Shown here: positions 40,851 to 52,613 of the stretch, in pieces
Position numbering within the stretch: position 1 is the stretch's first letter
Layout: every line of letters begins with the position of its first letter
Assembly (NCBI GenBank): GCA_902627575.1
Contig: CACOJQ010000002.1
Coordinates: 6,057-70,056, forward strand
Direction of reading: 5' to 3'
Source: an uncultured Bacteroidota bacterium
GTDB taxonomy: Bacteria > Bacteroidota > Bacteroidia > Flavobacteriales > BACL11
DNA length: 64,000 bases
Notes under the pieces: generated by a model
What the model was told of the DNA's origin: nothing
The model's database searches: none
The model's input: the letters and a program-made list of their open reading frames with translations, nothing else
Translations under genes and position numbers: made by a program

Positions 40851-40852
40851 AT

Positions 40853-41146
40853 TTACTTTTTTTCTATTGAAGTTTCTCCTCCCATTGAAATAGCTGACTT
40901 TTCAACTTTCAACTTAATACCTGTACTAACTTCAATATAAACTACAGTATCTTTAACATCTAAAACCTTTCCATGTATGCCGCCAATAGTCATAATTTTA
41001 TCTCCTTTTTTCAAAGAAGATCTATAGGCAACTTCCTTTTTTTGTTTTTTAATTTGGGGACGAATCATAAAAAAATACATTACAATAAACATAGCTCCCA
41101 TCATTAATAGAAAAGGCATACCTCCTCCAGTATTTAATAAAATCAT
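40853..41146 (-). CDS. yajC: preprotein translocase subunit YajC
   Basis: FIVMYFFMIRPQIKKQKK and GDKIMTIGGIHGKV. Confidence 0.85.
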   Translation of the reverse strand: MILLNTGGGMPFLLMMGAMFIVMYFFMIRPQIKKQKKEVAYRSSLKKGDKIMTIGGIHGKVLDVKDTVVYIEVSTGIKLKVEKSAISMGGETSIEKK

Positions 41147-41156
41147 ATAAAAAAAT

Positions 41157-41570
41157 TTAAGGCACAACCGTACCAGTTATAGTTAAAACTTGAACACTTG
41201 GGATAGCATTTGTAACAAGGGTTACTTTTTTGTTAATTTTCCCTTTTCTTGTACCACTGTTAAATGTTACTTTAATGCTTGCTTTATCACCTACCGCTAT
41301 TTTTTCTTTTGGCCACTCTGGAACTGTACAACCACAGCCTGCTTTTGCAGAACGAATTATTAAAGGTTCAAGGCCGATATTTTCAATGATAAATTCAGTA
41401 CTTACAGAAGTATTTTGTTTTATAGTACCAAAATTGAAAGTTTCATTTTCAATTTTAACCTTTGTTGGTTCTAAATTAACCTCTCCTTGGCTATTGCCAT
41501 CAACACATGAGACAAGAAAAAAAATTGAAAATATTATACTTAGAAACGAAATATTTAAATTCATACTCAA
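41157..41570 (-). CDS. DUF1573 domain lipoprotein
   Basis: Lipobox (LVSCVDG), FNFGTIKQN, and AGCGCTVPEWPKEKI, typical of DUF1573. Confidence 0.8.
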   Translation of the reverse strand: MSMNLNISFLSIIFSIFFLVSCVDGNSQGEVNLEPTKVKIENETFNFGTIKQNTSVSTEFIIENIGLEPLIIRSAKAGCGCTVPEWPKEKIAVGDKASIKVTFNSGTRKGKINKKVTLVTNAIPSVQVLTITGTVVP

Positions 41571-41588
41571 AATTAAAATAATTTTTAA

Positions 41589-42512
41589 TTATAAATTAGT
41601 TAATTTATTTATTTTTCCTTTTTCTTTATAGTCTTTAACAAAACTATCAAGCATACCATTTACAAAAGATTTACTTTTTAATGTACTGTAATACTTTGAT
41701 ATCTCAATATATTCGTTCATTGAAACTTTTACGGGTAAATTTGGCATATATAAAATTTCTGCAAATGACATCTTTAAAAAAATCTGATCCATAATTGCAA
41801 TACGTTCAAGCTCCCAATTTTTGGCATAATTTTTAATTATCTTTTCATAACTTTCATTATTTGTGATAGTTTTTCTGAGTAAATCTAATGCAAATTCTTC
41901 ATCTGAAATGTGCTTAAATGGCCCACTAATTTTAATTGTAGAATATTCCTTGATACTACCAAAAATAATAGTTGCTACAAATGGGAGATCGTCAACCCAA
42001 TAAATACTTTTTTCTTCTAAGACATGATTTACAAGCTCATTACTCAGAATAAAATTATTCATTAAATCAATAAAAAATATTTTATCACATTTTAATGATA
42101 TATCCTCGGATTTTAAATAATTGACATAGAGCTGAGACTTATAAATTTTTATAAAAATTTTGCTTATGATGTCATGATCATTTTCCAACCATGTAGACTT
42201 AAAACGTGATGCACTTTTTATCAAATCTTTGTCAGAAATAATATTTTCAATTAATTTATTTTGAATAAATCTTTTGTTAGGATTTAAATCATCTTCGTCA
42301 GGAAGAAATTTGTTTTTTCCATCTTCATAAAAATTATCTGCATAGTTTATTATTTCAAGCATAAGAGAGACAATTGAATATGCTAAATGAACTATTTCAT
42401 CACAATTTTTTAAAAAAGATTTTTCAATATCTTTAACATGAGTATTCTTTTGTGAAAAGAAGGAGTACAAAGATTGCATTACTTTGATTCGAATGTGTCT
42501 TCTGCTAAGCAT
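41589..42512 (-). CDS. nusB: transcription antitermination factor NusB (long Bacteroidota form)
   Basis: N-terminal SRRHIRIKVMQSLY and a C-terminal NusB core (WELERIAIMDQIFLKMSFAEILYM, NEYIEISKYYS). Confidence 0.85.
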   Translation of the reverse strand: MLSRRHIRIKVMQSLYSFFSQKNTHVKDIEKSFLKNCDEIVHLAYSIVSLMLEIINYADNFYEDGKNKFLPDEDDLNPNKRFIQNKLIENIISDKDLIKSASRFKSTWLENDHDIISKIFIKIYKSQLYVNYLKSEDISLKCDKIFFIDLMNNFILSNELVNHVLEEKSIYWVDDLPFVATIIFGSIKEYSTIKISGPFKHISDEEFALDLLRKTITNNESYEKIIKNYAKNWELERIAIMDQIFLKMSFAEILYMPNLPVKVSMNEYIEISKYYSTLKSKSFVNGMLDSFVKDYKEKGKINKLTNL

Positions 42513-43600
42513 TACTTAAGATTTTTTTCTCTTATTATTTGTTTAGCAAGCTGTAAAGCAGCTGCGTTAGTAGTTAAATTACTTATCTCAGCCTTTCTAA
42601 ATATTTCAAGCGTTGTATCATATATTTTTCTTGTTTGATTTAATGCATTATTCAAATCATAATTATGTAATTCTGAATAAACATTAATGAGACCACCAGC
42701 ATTTATTAAAAAATCAGGGGCATAGCATATTCCTTTTTCTAAACATAATATTGAGTCTCTATATTCATCAGCTAGTTGATTGTTTGCTGCACCTGCAATA
42801 ATTTCACATTTAAGTCTTTCAATTGTATTTGGGTTGACCGTTCCGCCTAAAGCACATGGTGCATAAATATCCATATCTAAATCATATATGCAATCTCCAG
42901 TCACTATTTTTGCATTATATTTTTTTGAAATATTTTGAAGTTTATTTAAATCTAAATCATTTATCAGGACATTAGCTCCTTCCTCAGACAAATACTTCAC
43001 TAATGTTTCCCCTACATGACCAATCCCTTGAACTAAAACTATTTTATCTTTCAAATTATCATTACCCCATTTATATTTTGCAGATGCCTTAATACCCAAA
43101 TAAACACCAAAAGCAGTAACAGGAGAAGGATCACCACTGCCCCCAAGGCTTTTAGGGATACCTGTAACATGATTTGTTTCCATCCTAACATATTCCATGT
43201 CTTTTGGTGTCATCCCAACATCCTCAGCAGTTATATATTTACCGCCAAGTGAATCAACAAATTGACCAAATTTGCGCATTAATTTTTGGGTTTTATCTTT
43301 TCTTGAATCTCCAATTATAACAGCTTTACCACCTCCCAATGAAAGGCCAGAGATTGCAGCTTTAAATGTCATACCTCTTGATAAACGTAAAACATCTGTT
43401 ATTGCATCTTGTTCATTATCATAATTCCACATTCGTGTCCCACCTAAAGCAGGACCCAAAGTCGTATCGTGAATTGCAATAATTGCTTTTAAACCTGTTT
43501 CTTTATCCTGACAAAACAATATTTGCTCATGACCCAAAAGCTCCATTTCATTCAAAACTACTAAATCATTAAGTATTTTAGTTTTCTTTACGGTTTTCAT
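42512..43600 (-). CDS. leucine dehydrogenase (Glu/Leu/Phe/Val dehydrogenase family)
   Basis: GPALGGTRMW, catalytic Lys loop LGGGKAVIIGD, Rossmann VQGIGHVG. Confidence 0.9.
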   Translation of the reverse strand: MKTVKKTKILNDLVVLNEMELLGHEQILFCQDKETGLKAIIAIHDTTLGPALGGTRMWNYDNEQDAITDVLRLSRGMTFKAAISGLSLGGGKAVIIGDSRKDKTQKLMRKFGQFVDSLGGKYITAEDVGMTPKDMEYVRMETNHVTGIPKSLGGSGDPSPVTAFGVYLGIKASAKYKWGNDNLKDKIVLVQGIGHVGETLVKYLSEEGANVLINDLDLNKLQNISKKYNAKIVTGDCIYDLDMDIYAPCALGGTVNPNTIERLKCEIIAGAANNQLADEYRDSILCLEKGICYAPDFLINAGGLINVYSELHNYDLNNALNQTRKIYDTTLEIFRKAEISNLTTNAAALQLAKQIIREKNLK

Positions 43601-43671
43601 TTTTATTTAGTAAATTTATTGTTAAGTCCAAAATAAATGCATAATCTTTTAACGTTCGCGAATTTACTTAT

Positions 43672-43679
43672 TATTTTTG
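43672..43679 (+). promoter_or_regulatory. candidate -7 promoter box (TAnnTTTG)
   Basis: TATTTTTG lies 28 nt upstream of the ABC transporter ATG. Short motif, so a chance match is possible. Confidence 0.25.
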
Positions 43680-43707
43680 GCAAATTCATTAAGTAGGCAA
43701 TCAAATC

Positions 43708-45453
43708 ATGAAGCATTTAAAATATTTAAATAAATTTTTTTGGAAATATAGAATACGTTTATTTTTAGGAGTTATTTTTATATTCATTTCAAATGTATTT
43801 GCATTATACCCTGCTGAATTTGTCAGAGAAGCATTTGATACTGTATTAGAAAGAAAACAACTTGAGAGTAGAAACATTAATAATGTTTTATTTAAATATG
43901 CTGGATTAATTGCTTTATTCGCAATACTTAAAGGAATATTTATGTTCTTTATGAGGCAAACGATTATTGTGATGAGTCGTAAAATAGAGTTTGATCTAAA
44001 AAATGAAATTTATCAACAATATCAAAAACTAAGTTTTAATTTTTACAAAAAAAATAAAACTGGAGATTTAATGAATCGAATTTCTGAAGATGTTAGCAGA
44101 GTAAGAATGTATCTAGGTCCTGCCGTAATGTATGGAATAAATATAACAATTTTATTTTATCTTGTAATATCAAAAATGCTTTCAATAAATACTACATTAA
44201 CAATATATACATTATTACCATTACCAATACTTGCGATACTTGTATATTTTGTTAGCATAAGTATTAACAAAAAAAGTGAATTAGTTCAAATACAGTTGTC
44301 TACATTGACCGAAACAGCTCAAGAATCATATTCTGCAATAAAAATCATAAAATCATTTAATAGCCAAAAAATTACCTCAAAATCATTTCTTAAGTCATGT
44401 AAAGAGTATACTAAAAGACAGCTTAATCTCGTGAGAATTGAGGCTTTTTTCTATCCAACAATATTAACTATGATTGGTATAAGTACAATTTTAATTATTT
44501 ATGCTGGTGGTATTGAAAGTTACAATAACAACATAACAACAGGAAATATTGCAGAATTTGTAATTTATGTAAATATGCTTGCCTGGCCAGTTGCTTCAAT
44601 TGGATGGGTTACTTCAATAATTCAACGAGCTGCCGCTTCACAAGAAAGAATTAATAGTTTTTTATATTATAAAGAAGAAATTAAAAACTTTAGTTTGGAC
44701 TTAAAAAAAATAAAAGGTACTATTGAATTTGATAATGTTTGCTTCACTTATGAAAACACAAATATTAAAGCACTCAAAAATATAAGCTTCGTTTTAAAAG
44801 AGGGTGAAACGTTAGGTATAATTGGTAAAACAGGTAGTGGAAAATCGACAATTGCTCATTTAATTTGCAGACTGTATGACATAAAAAAAGGCAATATAAA
44901 AATTTCAGGAACTGATATTAAAGAACTTAATTTGTACAATTTACGCAGTTCAATAGGATATGTTCCACAAGACGGATATTTATTTTCTGGAACGATTAAA
45001 GACAATATCTGCTTTTCAAACTCTGAAAAAAATAATTCTAGAACTATTGAATCCTCAAAAAAAGCTAAATTATACACTGACATTAAAAAATTTAAACAAG
45101 GATTTCACACATTAATTGGTGAAAGAGGTGTTAAATTATCGGGAGGACAAAAACAAAGATTATCAATTGCTCGTGTTTTTTATAAAAATCCTGAAATATT
45201 TATTTTTGATGACTGTTTATCCTCTGTAGATGCTGTTAAAGAAAAAGAAATAATTAAAAATCTCAATAAAGAAAGTGATAATAAAACAACAATTATTATC
45301 AGTCATAGAATAGCATCAGTAAAACATGCAGAAAAAATCATCTATCTTGATGATGGAAAAATAATTGAAGTTGGTAGTCATAAAGCACTTATGAAAAATA
45401 AAGGTCCATATTACAGTTTAGAACGAAAACAAAATAAAAACATAAATGAATGA
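43708..45453 (+). CDS. ABC transporter, fused permease/ATPase (MsbA-like exporter)
   Basis: Six-TM N-terminal half, Walker A GKTGSGKST, signature LSGGQKQR, Walker B IFIFDD. Confidence 0.9.
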   Translation: MKHLKYLNKFFWKYRIRLFLGVIFIFISNVFALYPAEFVREAFDTVLERKQLESRNINNVLFKYAGLIALFAILKGIFMFFMRQTIIVMSRKIEFDLKNEIYQQYQKLSFNFYKKNKTGDLMNRISEDVSRVRMYLGPAVMYGINITILFYLVISKMLSINTTLTIYTLLPLPILAILVYFVSISINKKSELVQIQLSTLTETAQESYSAIKIIKSFNSQKITSKSFLKSCKEYTKRQLNLVRIEAFFYPTILTMIGISTILIIYAGGIESYNNNITTGNIAEFVIYVNMLAWPVASIGWVTSIIQRAAASQERINSFLYYKEEIKNFSLDLKKIKGTIEFDNVCFTYENTNIKALKNISFVLKEGETLGIIGKTGSGKSTIAHLICRLYDIKKGNIKISGTDIKELNLYNLRSSIGYVPQDGYLFSGTIKDNICFSNSEKNNSRTIESSKKAKLYTDIKKFKQGFHTLIGERGVKLSGGQKQRLSIARVFYKNPEIFIFDDCLSSVDAVKEKEIIKNLNKESDNKTTIIISHRIASVKHAEKIIYLDDGKIIEVGSHKALMKNKGPYYSLERKQNKNINE

Positions 45454-45526
45454 CAATAGTTTTCATAAAATTAATAATAATAGAAATTTTATTATATTTG
45501 AAAAATAACTAAATTAAATTTAAATA

Positions 45527-45898
45527 ATGAGTACAATTAATGATATGCAAGAAATTTTTTCAAGAAAAATTCGCGCTGGTAGAAGAACTTATTTTTTTGA
45601 TGTAAGGTCAACTAAAGCAGGTGACTATTATATGACTATAACTGAAAGTATAAAAGAATTTGATGAACAAGGTACTCCTTCATATCGAAAACATAAAATA
45701 TATCTTTACAAAGAAGAATTTCAAAACTTTAAAAATACCTTCAGCGAGGTGAGTGACTTTATTATTGCTGAAAAAGGCGAAGAAATTATTTCCAATAAAA
45801 AAGATCATTCAACTGATGAAAAATCTAAAAAAGAATCTAATGATAAAGATACAACTGATTTTACTGAAGTTAGCTTTGAAGATTTAGGTAAAGACTAA
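45527..45898 (+). CDS. PUR-alpha-like nucleic-acid-binding protein (DUF3276)
   Basis: RAGRRTYFFDVRSTKAGDYYMTITES, with an acidic C-terminal tail. Confidence 0.75.
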   Translation: MSTINDMQEIFSRKIRAGRRTYFFDVRSTKAGDYYMTITESIKEFDEQGTPSYRKHKIYLYKEEFQNFKNTFSEVSDFIIAEKGEEIISNKKDHSTDEKSKKESNDKDTTDFTEVSFEDLGKD

Positions 45899-46036
45899 AC
45901 AAATCTTTTTCACTCATTATAATTACATCTAGTTATCTTAACAACTCAGCCTTTTTGTTGATAATTCTATTTAATATAAGAACTATCAAGTTGAAAAGAG
46001 ATATTACCTTTATGGCCTCAATTAACAACTTAGATT

Positions 46037-46813
46037 ATGGGTAAAGTTATCGCAATTGCTAACCAAAAGGGAGGAGTTGGAAAAACTACTACTGCAATAA
46101 ATTTAGCTGCTTGTCTTGGAACATTAGAAAAAAAAATCTTACTTGTTGATGCAGATCCACAAGCAAATTCAACTTCTGGTGTTGGTTATGATCCAAAAAA
46201 AATTAATATTGGGCTCTATGAATGTATAATAAATAGGGCAAATACCAAAGATTGCATTTTGACAACAAAAAGTCCAAATTTATATTTACTTCCTTCTAAT
46301 ATTAATTTAGTTGGCGCAGAACTTGAATTAATCAATCTTGAAAAGAGAGAGTTTCAAATACAAAATACATTAGCATCTGTAAAAAATGAGTATGATTACA
46401 TAATCATTGATTGCGCGCCTTCGCTTGGGCTCTTAACTCTAAATGCATTGTCTGCTGCAGACAGCGTAATCGTTCCTATTCAATGCGAATACTTTGCACT
46501 CGAAGGACTTGGAAAGCTACTAAATACAATAAAAATTGTACAGCAGAAATTTAATATTAATTTAGAAACAGAAGGATTATTATTAACTATGTATGATACT
46601 AGACTTCGTCTCTCTAATCAAGTTGTTGAAGATGTAAAAAAACATTTTCAAGATTTAGTGTTTAAAACTATTATACATAGAAATGTTCGCTTAGGAGAAT
46701 CACCTTCATTTGGTGAGACAATTGTAATACATGATGCTACAAGCAAAGGCGCAATAAATTACATGAATTTAGCAAATGAATTGTTACAAAAATTAGAACT
46801 GAATGTTAAATAA
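46037..46813 (+). CDS. parA: chromosome partitioning ATPase ParA/Soj
   Basis: Deviant Walker [18 protein letters not shown], plus DCAPSLG. Confidence 0.95.
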   Translation: MGKVIAIANQKGGVGKTTTAINLAACLGTLEKKILLVDADPQANSTSGVGYDPKKINIGLYECIINRANTKDCILTTKSPNLYLLPSNINLVGAELELINLEKREFQIQNTLASVKNEYDYIIIDCAPSLGLLTLNALSAADSVIVPIQCEYFALEGLGKLLNTIKIVQQKFNINLETEGLLLTMYDTRLRLSNQVVEDVKKHFQDLVFKTIIHRNVRLGESPSFGETIVIHDATSKGAINYMNLANELLQKLELNVK

Positions 46814-46819
46814 AATAAC

Positions 46820-47725
46820 ATGAAAAGGGATCGAAATGTTTTAGGAAGAGGATTATCATCAATTTTAGGCAATAGCAATGACGATGCAAAAAGTTCTAAA
46901 ATTGAAAAAAAAACTGACACATTTAATAAGTCAGAAAGCTTTAGAAATATATCTGTTTCACAAATTTTTATTAATCCATTTCAACCAAGAAAAAAGTTTG
47001 ATCAAGAAAAATTAAATGAGTTAGCTGTTTCTATAGAAAATTTAGGTATTGTTCAGCCAATAACAGTTAGAAGAATGGATAACGATAAGTATCAATTAAT
47101 ATCTGGTGAAAGACGATTGAGAGCAGCTAAACTAATTGGATTAAAAAAAATTCCCGCATTTATTAGAATAGCTAATGATCAAGAAACACTTGAAATGGCC
47201 TTAATTGAAAATATTCAAAGAGAAAATTTAAATCCAATTGAAATTGCACTAAGCTACAAAAGACTAATTGATGAAGTTAAACTAAGTCAAGAGAAATGTA
47301 GTGAACGTGTAGGCAAAAGTAGAAGTACCATTGCTAATTTTTTACGTTTATTAAAACTTCCAGCAATAATTCAAAAAGGATTAAGGGCACAAGTTATTAG
47401 CAATGGGCACGCTAGATCATTATTAGCAATAAACTCTGAGGAATCTCAAATTAATTTATTTCATGATATAGTTGCTCATGGATACTCAGTAAGAGAAGTA
47501 GAACAAATTTGTAAAGAATTCCATGATAAAAAGTATGTAAGAGTTTCAAAAAAAACTGCAATACACGAACTATCTTTTTCTAATCAAAAATTACTTCACG
47601 ATATCTCAAAAAAACTTAACACAGACATAAATATTAAAATGAATAAAAAAGGTAAAGGAAAATTAGTTATCTATTTTGAAAATGAAGAAGATCTTTTGAG
47701 AATAACAAATAATTTTAAAAAATAA
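46820..47725 (+). CDS. parB: chromosome partitioning protein ParB/Spo0J
   Basis: NPFQPRK, QPITVR, GERRLRAAKL, HTH region. Confidence 0.95.
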   Translation: MKRDRNVLGRGLSSILGNSNDDAKSSKIEKKTDTFNKSESFRNISVSQIFINPFQPRKKFDQEKLNELAVSIENLGIVQPITVRRMDNDKYQLISGERRLRAAKLIGLKKIPAFIRIANDQETLEMALIENIQRENLNPIEIALSYKRLIDEVKLSQEKCSERVGKSRSTIANFLRLLKLPAIIQKGLRAQVISNGHARSLLAINSEESQINLFHDIVAHGYSVREVEQICKEFHDKKYVRVSKKTAIHELSFSNQKLLHDISKKLNTDINIKMNKKGKGKLVIYFENEEDLLRITNNFKK

Positions 47726-47728
47726 ATT

Positions 47729-48238
47729 TTGAAATTAAATATAATAAAATTTTTTTTAGTCATTTTATTAGTCCTAAATTATTTTTCTGCTGAATCACAA
47801 GAAAAAGCAAACAAAGATCCAAGAAAAGCAGCATTATACTCTAGTATTTTACCAGGAGCTGGACAATTTTACACAAAAAAATACTGGAAAATACCTATTA
47901 TTTATGCAGGAATAGCTACATCACTATACTATGTAATTGAATCAAATACAAAATTTAAAAATTATAGAGATGGGTATTTAGATAGAATATCAGGTAATAA
48001 TCATGTCTTCTCTGAATATTCTAATGCTCAGCTAGTAACTTTGACCAATTACCACAAAAGAAATAGAGAAGTATCTACGCTATGTTTGCTTGGTATTTAT
48101 TTGATAAATATTATTGATGCCTCAGTTAATGCTCATTTATTTAGTTATGACATTAATGAAGACTTATCGCTTATAGTACAGCCATTATATATTCATGAAA
48201 CAGAAAGTGCTGGAATACTATTATCATTAAATTTGTAA
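47729..48238 (+). CDS. DUF5683 domain protein
   Basis: Signal peptide, AALYSSILPGAGQFYTKKYWKIPIIY. Conserved position after parB. TTG start. Confidence 0.7.
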   Translation: MKLNIIKFFLVILLVLNYFSAESQEKANKDPRKAALYSSILPGAGQFYTKKYWKIPIIYAGIATSLYYVIESNTKFKNYRDGYLDRISGNNHVFSEYSNAQLVTLTNYHKRNREVSTLCLLGIYLINIIDASVNAHLFSYDINEDLSLIVQPLYIHETESAGILLSLNL

Positions 48239-48247
48239 GTTTGTGTT

Positions 48248-48922
48248 ATGAAAATCGCAATATTTGGAAATGGAAAAATGGGGAAGAAAATTTCTCAAAT
48301 TGCTATTAGAAAAGGTCATAAAATAGTTTGCACTACTGACTCTAAAAGACCTGCCAAATTCTCTCAAATTAAAAATGCTGAAGTTGCAATTGAATTTAGT
48401 ACACCAACTACTGCATTTGAAAATATACAATATGCAATTCAAAATGGAGTACCAGTTGTAGCTGGAACTACTGGATGGTTAGAAAAAAAAGATGAAATAA
48501 ATGAAAAATGTCTAAAATATAATGGTACATTTCTATACGCATCTAATTTTAGTATCGGTGTGAATATTTTTTTTAAAATAAATGAAGTTATAGCAAAAAT
48601 TATGAAAACAAAAAATTACGCCACTTCATTACATGAAATACATCACAAACAAAAGTTAGATTCACCCAGCGGCACAGCAATTACAATATCAAAAAAAATA
48701 GAAAAAATTTTAAATAAAAACATTAGTATTTCTAGTGAAAGAGTAAATAATGAGCCAGGCACTCATTTAGTAAAATATGTTTCAGATTTTGATAAAATTG
48801 AAGTCAAACACTCAGCATTTAATAGAGATGGTTTTGCTTTAGGAGCAATTATGGCAGCGGAATGGATTAAAGATAAAAAAGGTATTTTTGAAATGTCTGA
48901 CGTTATTCACGAATTAATATGA
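48248..48922 (+). CDS. dapB: 4-hydroxy-tetrahydrodipicolinate reductase
   Basis: [12 protein letters not shown], and [15 protein letters not shown]. Confidence 0.9.
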   Translation: MKIAIFGNGKMGKKISQIAIRKGHKIVCTTDSKRPAKFSQIKNAEVAIEFSTPTTAFENIQYAIQNGVPVVAGTTGWLEKKDEINEKCLKYNGTFLYASNFSIGVNIFFKINEVIAKIMKTKNYATSLHEIHHKQKLDSPSGTAITISKKIEKILNKNISISSERVNNEPGTHLVKYVSDFDKIEVKHSAFNRDGFALGAIMAAEWIKDKKGIFEMSDVIHELI

Positions 48923-48923
48923 T

Positions 48924-50267
48924 ATGATATACAAAGCACTTAATTATTTAAAAAAACAATCAATAGGCTTCTTATTTATTTTAGGAACAATAGTATGGAC
49001 TATTTTTATTTATTTAATTGGAGGGGAATGGCTTTATTTTATTCCTTTATTAGTTGGTGATATTTTATTTTGGAAAACAATCCCGTGGCATTTTTGGAAG
49101 AAAAACAAAGAAAAAAAAGAAAAAAGAAAAAAAAGTGAATTTAGAACGTGGATTGATGCGATAGGCTTTGCGGTAATTGCTGCTACGATTTTAAGAACAT
49201 TTCTAATAGAGGCTTATACAATACCAACCTCTTCAATGGAAAAATCTATGTTAGTAGGAGACTTTTTATTTGTAAGTAAATTAAGCTATGGACCCAGAGT
49301 TCCAATGACACCACTAGCTTTTCCTTTGGTACATCATACAATGCCTTTAACTGGGGGTAAATCTTATTCTGAAAAAATTAAAATTCCATTTCACAGAATG
49401 AAAGGATTAAATGAAATAGAAAGAAATGATTGTGTTGTCTTTAACTGGCCCGCTGAAAATAAAGGAAGACCTATTGACAAAAAAGATAATTATGTTAAAA
49501 GGTGTGTTGGATTGCCTGGTGACATTATTGAAATTAAAGATGGTGATTTATTTGTAAACAAATTACCTCACAAAGAGCCTAAGGGAATGAAAAAGCAAGC
49601 TAAATATACTCTTAAATCAAAAACTAGACTAAATGAACAACTATTGTATGAAAAATATGATATAAATACTAATTATAATATTGATATCAATGCATCAAAT
49701 CAAAATTCTGATTTTCAAATAAAAAGAATAGAAAATAACATTATTGAGTATAATTTTAATGCTACATCTAACGCTATTTTAGATTTAAAAACACAACCTT
49801 ATTTATCAGAAATTACAAAACAAACAAATGGTTCTGGATTTGAAATGTTTTCAAATAACTGGCAGTTTAGTAATCCAAATAAATTTCTCTACAATAATCC
49901 ATACAACTGGAATGAAGATAATTATGGACCAATTACCATTCCTAAGAAAGGAGTAACAATAAACTTAACAACTAAAAATCTTCCTCTCTACAAGGATATT
50001 ATTAAAAGGTACGAGAATAATTCTTTGAAAACCATAAATAATATCATTTATATTAACAATAAAGTAGCTACTAAATATACATTTAAAATGAACTATTACT
50101 GGATGATGGGTGACAATAGACATAACTCTGCAGACAGCAGAGTTTGGGGATTTGTTCCTGAAGATCATATAGTTGGAAAAGCACTATTTATTTGGATGAG
50201 TTGGGATAAGAGAGCAAAAGGATTCAAAAAAATTAGGTGGAATAGACTTTTCAAAAGTGTTAAGTAA
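48924..50267 (+). CDS. lepB: signal peptidase I (long form with a large insertion)
   Basis: Catalytic Ser box [10 protein letters not shown], Lys box [22 protein letters not shown]. Confidence 0.9.
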   Translation: MIYKALNYLKKQSIGFLFILGTIVWTIFIYLIGGEWLYFIPLLVGDILFWKTIPWHFWKKNKEKKEKRKKSEFRTWIDAIGFAVIAATILRTFLIEAYTIPTSSMEKSMLVGDFLFVSKLSYGPRVPMTPLAFPLVHHTMPLTGGKSYSEKIKIPFHRMKGLNEIERNDCVVFNWPAENKGRPIDKKDNYVKRCVGLPGDIIEIKDGDLFVNKLPHKEPKGMKKQAKYTLKSKTRLNEQLLYEKYDINTNYNIDINASNQNSDFQIKRIENNIIEYNFNATSNAILDLKTQPYLSEITKQTNGSGFEMFSNNWQFSNPNKFLYNNPYNWNEDNYGPITIPKKGVTINLTTKNLPLYKDIIKRYENNSLKTINNIIYINNKVATKYTFKMNYYWMMGDNRHNSADSRVWGFVPEDHIVGKALFIWMSWDKRAKGFKKIRWNRLFKSVK

Positions 50268-50886
50268 AATCCTTTTACCATCAGCATATCTCGCTCCAAT
50301 AATGTATTATGGAGTTCTTATAAATAATAAATGTGTAATAGAATCAAGAGAAAATTTTGTTAAACGAAGCATTAGAAATCACTGTAACATATACACTTCA
50401 AATGGTAAACTAAAATTAAGTATTCCAGTTAAAAAAAATATAGAAAAAAAAATATGTAAAATTAAAATATGCTATAATGAAAATTGGCAAAAAAAACATT
50501 GGAATTCAATAATTTCTAATTACAACTCATCTCCATTTTTCAAATACTATAAAGACGAATTATACGATAGTTTTGTTGAAAAAGAAACCTATTTATTTTC
50601 ATTCACGCAAAAGATTAATAAAATCATACTCAAATTTTTAAATTATGAAAATAATATTCTAAAAACACCTATTTATAAAAAAAATGGAGAATTTATAGAC
50701 TTAAGAAATTTTAACTGGAACAATATAAGTTTAAAAAAATATGATCAAGTTTTTTACGGTAAATCTGGATTTATAAATAACCTATCGATACTTGATCTTC
50801 TGTTCAATTTAGGTCCTGAATCTCAAAATTATCTTAAAAATATTAATAACACAGCATACATTAACGACATTAGAATTATAAGTTAA
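50257..50886 (+). CDS. WbqC family protein
   Basis: [38 protein letters not shown] start overlapping the lepB end. Confidence 0.7.
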   Translation: MLSKILLPSAYLAPIMYYGVLINNKCVIESRENFVKRSIRNHCNIYTSNGKLKLSIPVKKNIEKKICKIKICYNENWQKKHWNSIISNYNSSPFFKYYKDELYDSFVEKETYLFSFTQKINKIILKFLNYENNILKTPIYKKNGEFIDLRNFNWNNISLKKYDQVFYGKSGFINNLSILDLLFNLGPESQNYLKNINNTAYINDIRIIS

Positions 50887-50934
50887 TGTAGTCTTATCAT
50901 TTTATAATTTCTATTTTTCTATTTTTGAAAAAAA

Positions 50935-52572
50935 ATGTTTATGGCCAATTTAAATTTTAATAAAAACGACGATAAAATAAGATTGCTTATTTCTGACATG
51001 AAAAGAAAACATTCTATCATTTCATTAGGAGGTGGAAAACAAAAAATAACAAAACAACATGAAAAAGGAAAACTCACAGCTAGAGAAAGAATTAATTATT
51101 TAAAAGACTCTGATTCGAAGTTTTTAGAAATTGGTTCCTTTGCAGGATATAAAATGTATGAAGAATATGGAGGATGTCCTTCCGGAGGAGTGGTAGGTGG
51201 ATTAATTTATATAGGAGGTAAATTATGTGTGGTTGTGGCAAATGATGCCACTGTTAAAGCTGGTTCCTGGTTTCCAATTACAGCAAAAAAAAATTTAAGA
51301 CTTCAAGAAATATCTTTAGAAAATAAACTACCAATAATTTATTTAGTTGATAGTGCGGGTGTTTTTCTTCCAATGCAAGATGAAATATTTGCTGATAAAG
51401 AACACTTTGGACGCATTTTTAGAAATAATGCAAAGATGAGTTCTTTAGGAATAAATCAAATATCAGCGATAATGGGTTCATGTGTCGCTGGAGGCGCGTA
51501 TTTACCTATTATGAGTGATGAATCTATTATTGTAAATAAAACTGCAAATATTTTTTTAGCAGGAAGTTACTTAGTAAAGGCAGCAATTGGAGAAGATATT
51601 GATAATGAAGAACTTGGTGGCGCAACAACTCATTGCGAAATATCTGGTGTAACAGACTACAAGGCAAAAAATGATAAAGATGCACTTGATAAGATAAAAT
51701 CTTTGATAGATAAAATAGGTAATTATAATAATGCTGGGTTTGATAGAACTAGCCCTATCAAACCAAAAAAAAATGAAAGAGAAATTTATGGAATTCTTCC
51801 AAGAGAAAGAACTATGCCATATGATATGAAAGAAATTATTTATCGCTTAGTTGACAATTCAAAATTTGAAGAATACAAAGAAAATTATGGTAAATCCGTA
51901 ATTTGTGGATATTCAAGAATTGACGGATGGGCGGTTGGTATTGTTGCAAACCAAAGAGAAATTATCAAAACTAAAAAAGGAGAAGTACAGTTTGGTGGCG
52001 TTATTTACTCTGACTCTGCTGATAAATCTGCACGTTTTATTGCAAATTGTAATCAAAAAAAAATCCCACTTGTATTTCTGCAGGATGTTACAGGTTTTAT
52101 GGTAGGATCTAAATCAGAACATGGAGGAATTATAAAAGATGGAGCTAAAATGGTAAATACTATGTCTAACTCTGTTGTGCCAAAATTTACTATCATTATT
52201 GGAAACTCATATGGCGCGGGTAATTACGCTATGTGTGGTAAAGCATATGACCCAAGGTTAATTTTAGCATGGCCTACAGCAAAATTAGGAGTCATGGGGG
52301 GAGAGCAGGCTGCTAAAGTATTGCTTCAAATTGAAAAATCAAAAATTAAAGCAAATGGAGAAAAAATTGATACCAACAAAGAGAAGTCTATTTTAAACAG
52401 CATAAAAGAAAAATATGAAATACAAACATCACCATATTATGCAGCATCTCGTTTATGGGTTGATAACATAATTGATCCACTTGAAACAAGAGAATTTATT
52501 TCAATTGGAATTGAAGCAGCCAATCATTCTCCGATAAAAGAAAGATATAATCCTGGAGTAATACAGACATAA
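50935..52572 (+). CDS. acyl-CoA carboxylase carboxyltransferase (beta) subunit, methylcrotonyl-/propionyl-CoA carboxylase type
   Basis: KGKLTARERINYL, two crotonase-like CT halves, SAIMGSCVAGGAY, NSYGAGNYAM. Confidence 0.9.
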   Translation: MFMANLNFNKNDDKIRLLISDMKRKHSIISLGGGKQKITKQHEKGKLTARERINYLKDSDSKFLEIGSFAGYKMYEEYGGCPSGGVVGGLIYIGGKLCVVVANDATVKAGSWFPITAKKNLRLQEISLENKLPIIYLVDSAGVFLPMQDEIFADKEHFGRIFRNNAKMSSLGINQISAIMGSCVAGGAYLPIMSDESIIVNKTANIFLAGSYLVKAAIGEDIDNEELGGATTHCEISGVTDYKAKNDKDALDKIKSLIDKIGNYNNAGFDRTSPIKPKKNEREIYGILPRERTMPYDMKEIIYRLVDNSKFEEYKENYGKSVICGYSRIDGWAVGIVANQREIIKTKKGEVQFGGVIYSDSADKSARFIANCNQKKIPLVFLQDVTGFMVGSKSEHGGIIKDGAKMVNTMSNSVVPKFTIIIGNSYGAGNYAMCGKAYDPRLILAWPTAKLGVMGGEQAAKVLLQIEKSKIKANGEKIDTNKEKSILNSIKEKYEIQTSPYYAASRLWVDNIIDPLETREFISIGIEAANHSPIKERYNPGVIQT

Positions 52573-52587
52573 ATAAGATCCAATTCT

Positions 52588-52595
52588 TATATTTG
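52588..52595 (+). promoter_or_regulatory. candidate -7 promoter box (TAnnTTTG)
   Basis: TATATTTG lies 18 nt upstream of the thrS ATG. No clear -33 element was seen. Confidence 0.2.
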
Positions 52596-52613
52596 CAATC
52601 TTTAATTTAATTA

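Noticed and set aside
41230-41631. 133-aa ORF antisense to the DUF1573 gene
   Set aside because: Overlaps the conserved DUF1573 CDS on the other strand, and no family was recognised.
48227-48442. 71-aa minus-strand ORF across the DUF5683/dapB junction
   Set aside because: It is antisense to the conserved dapB N-terminus, with no motifs.
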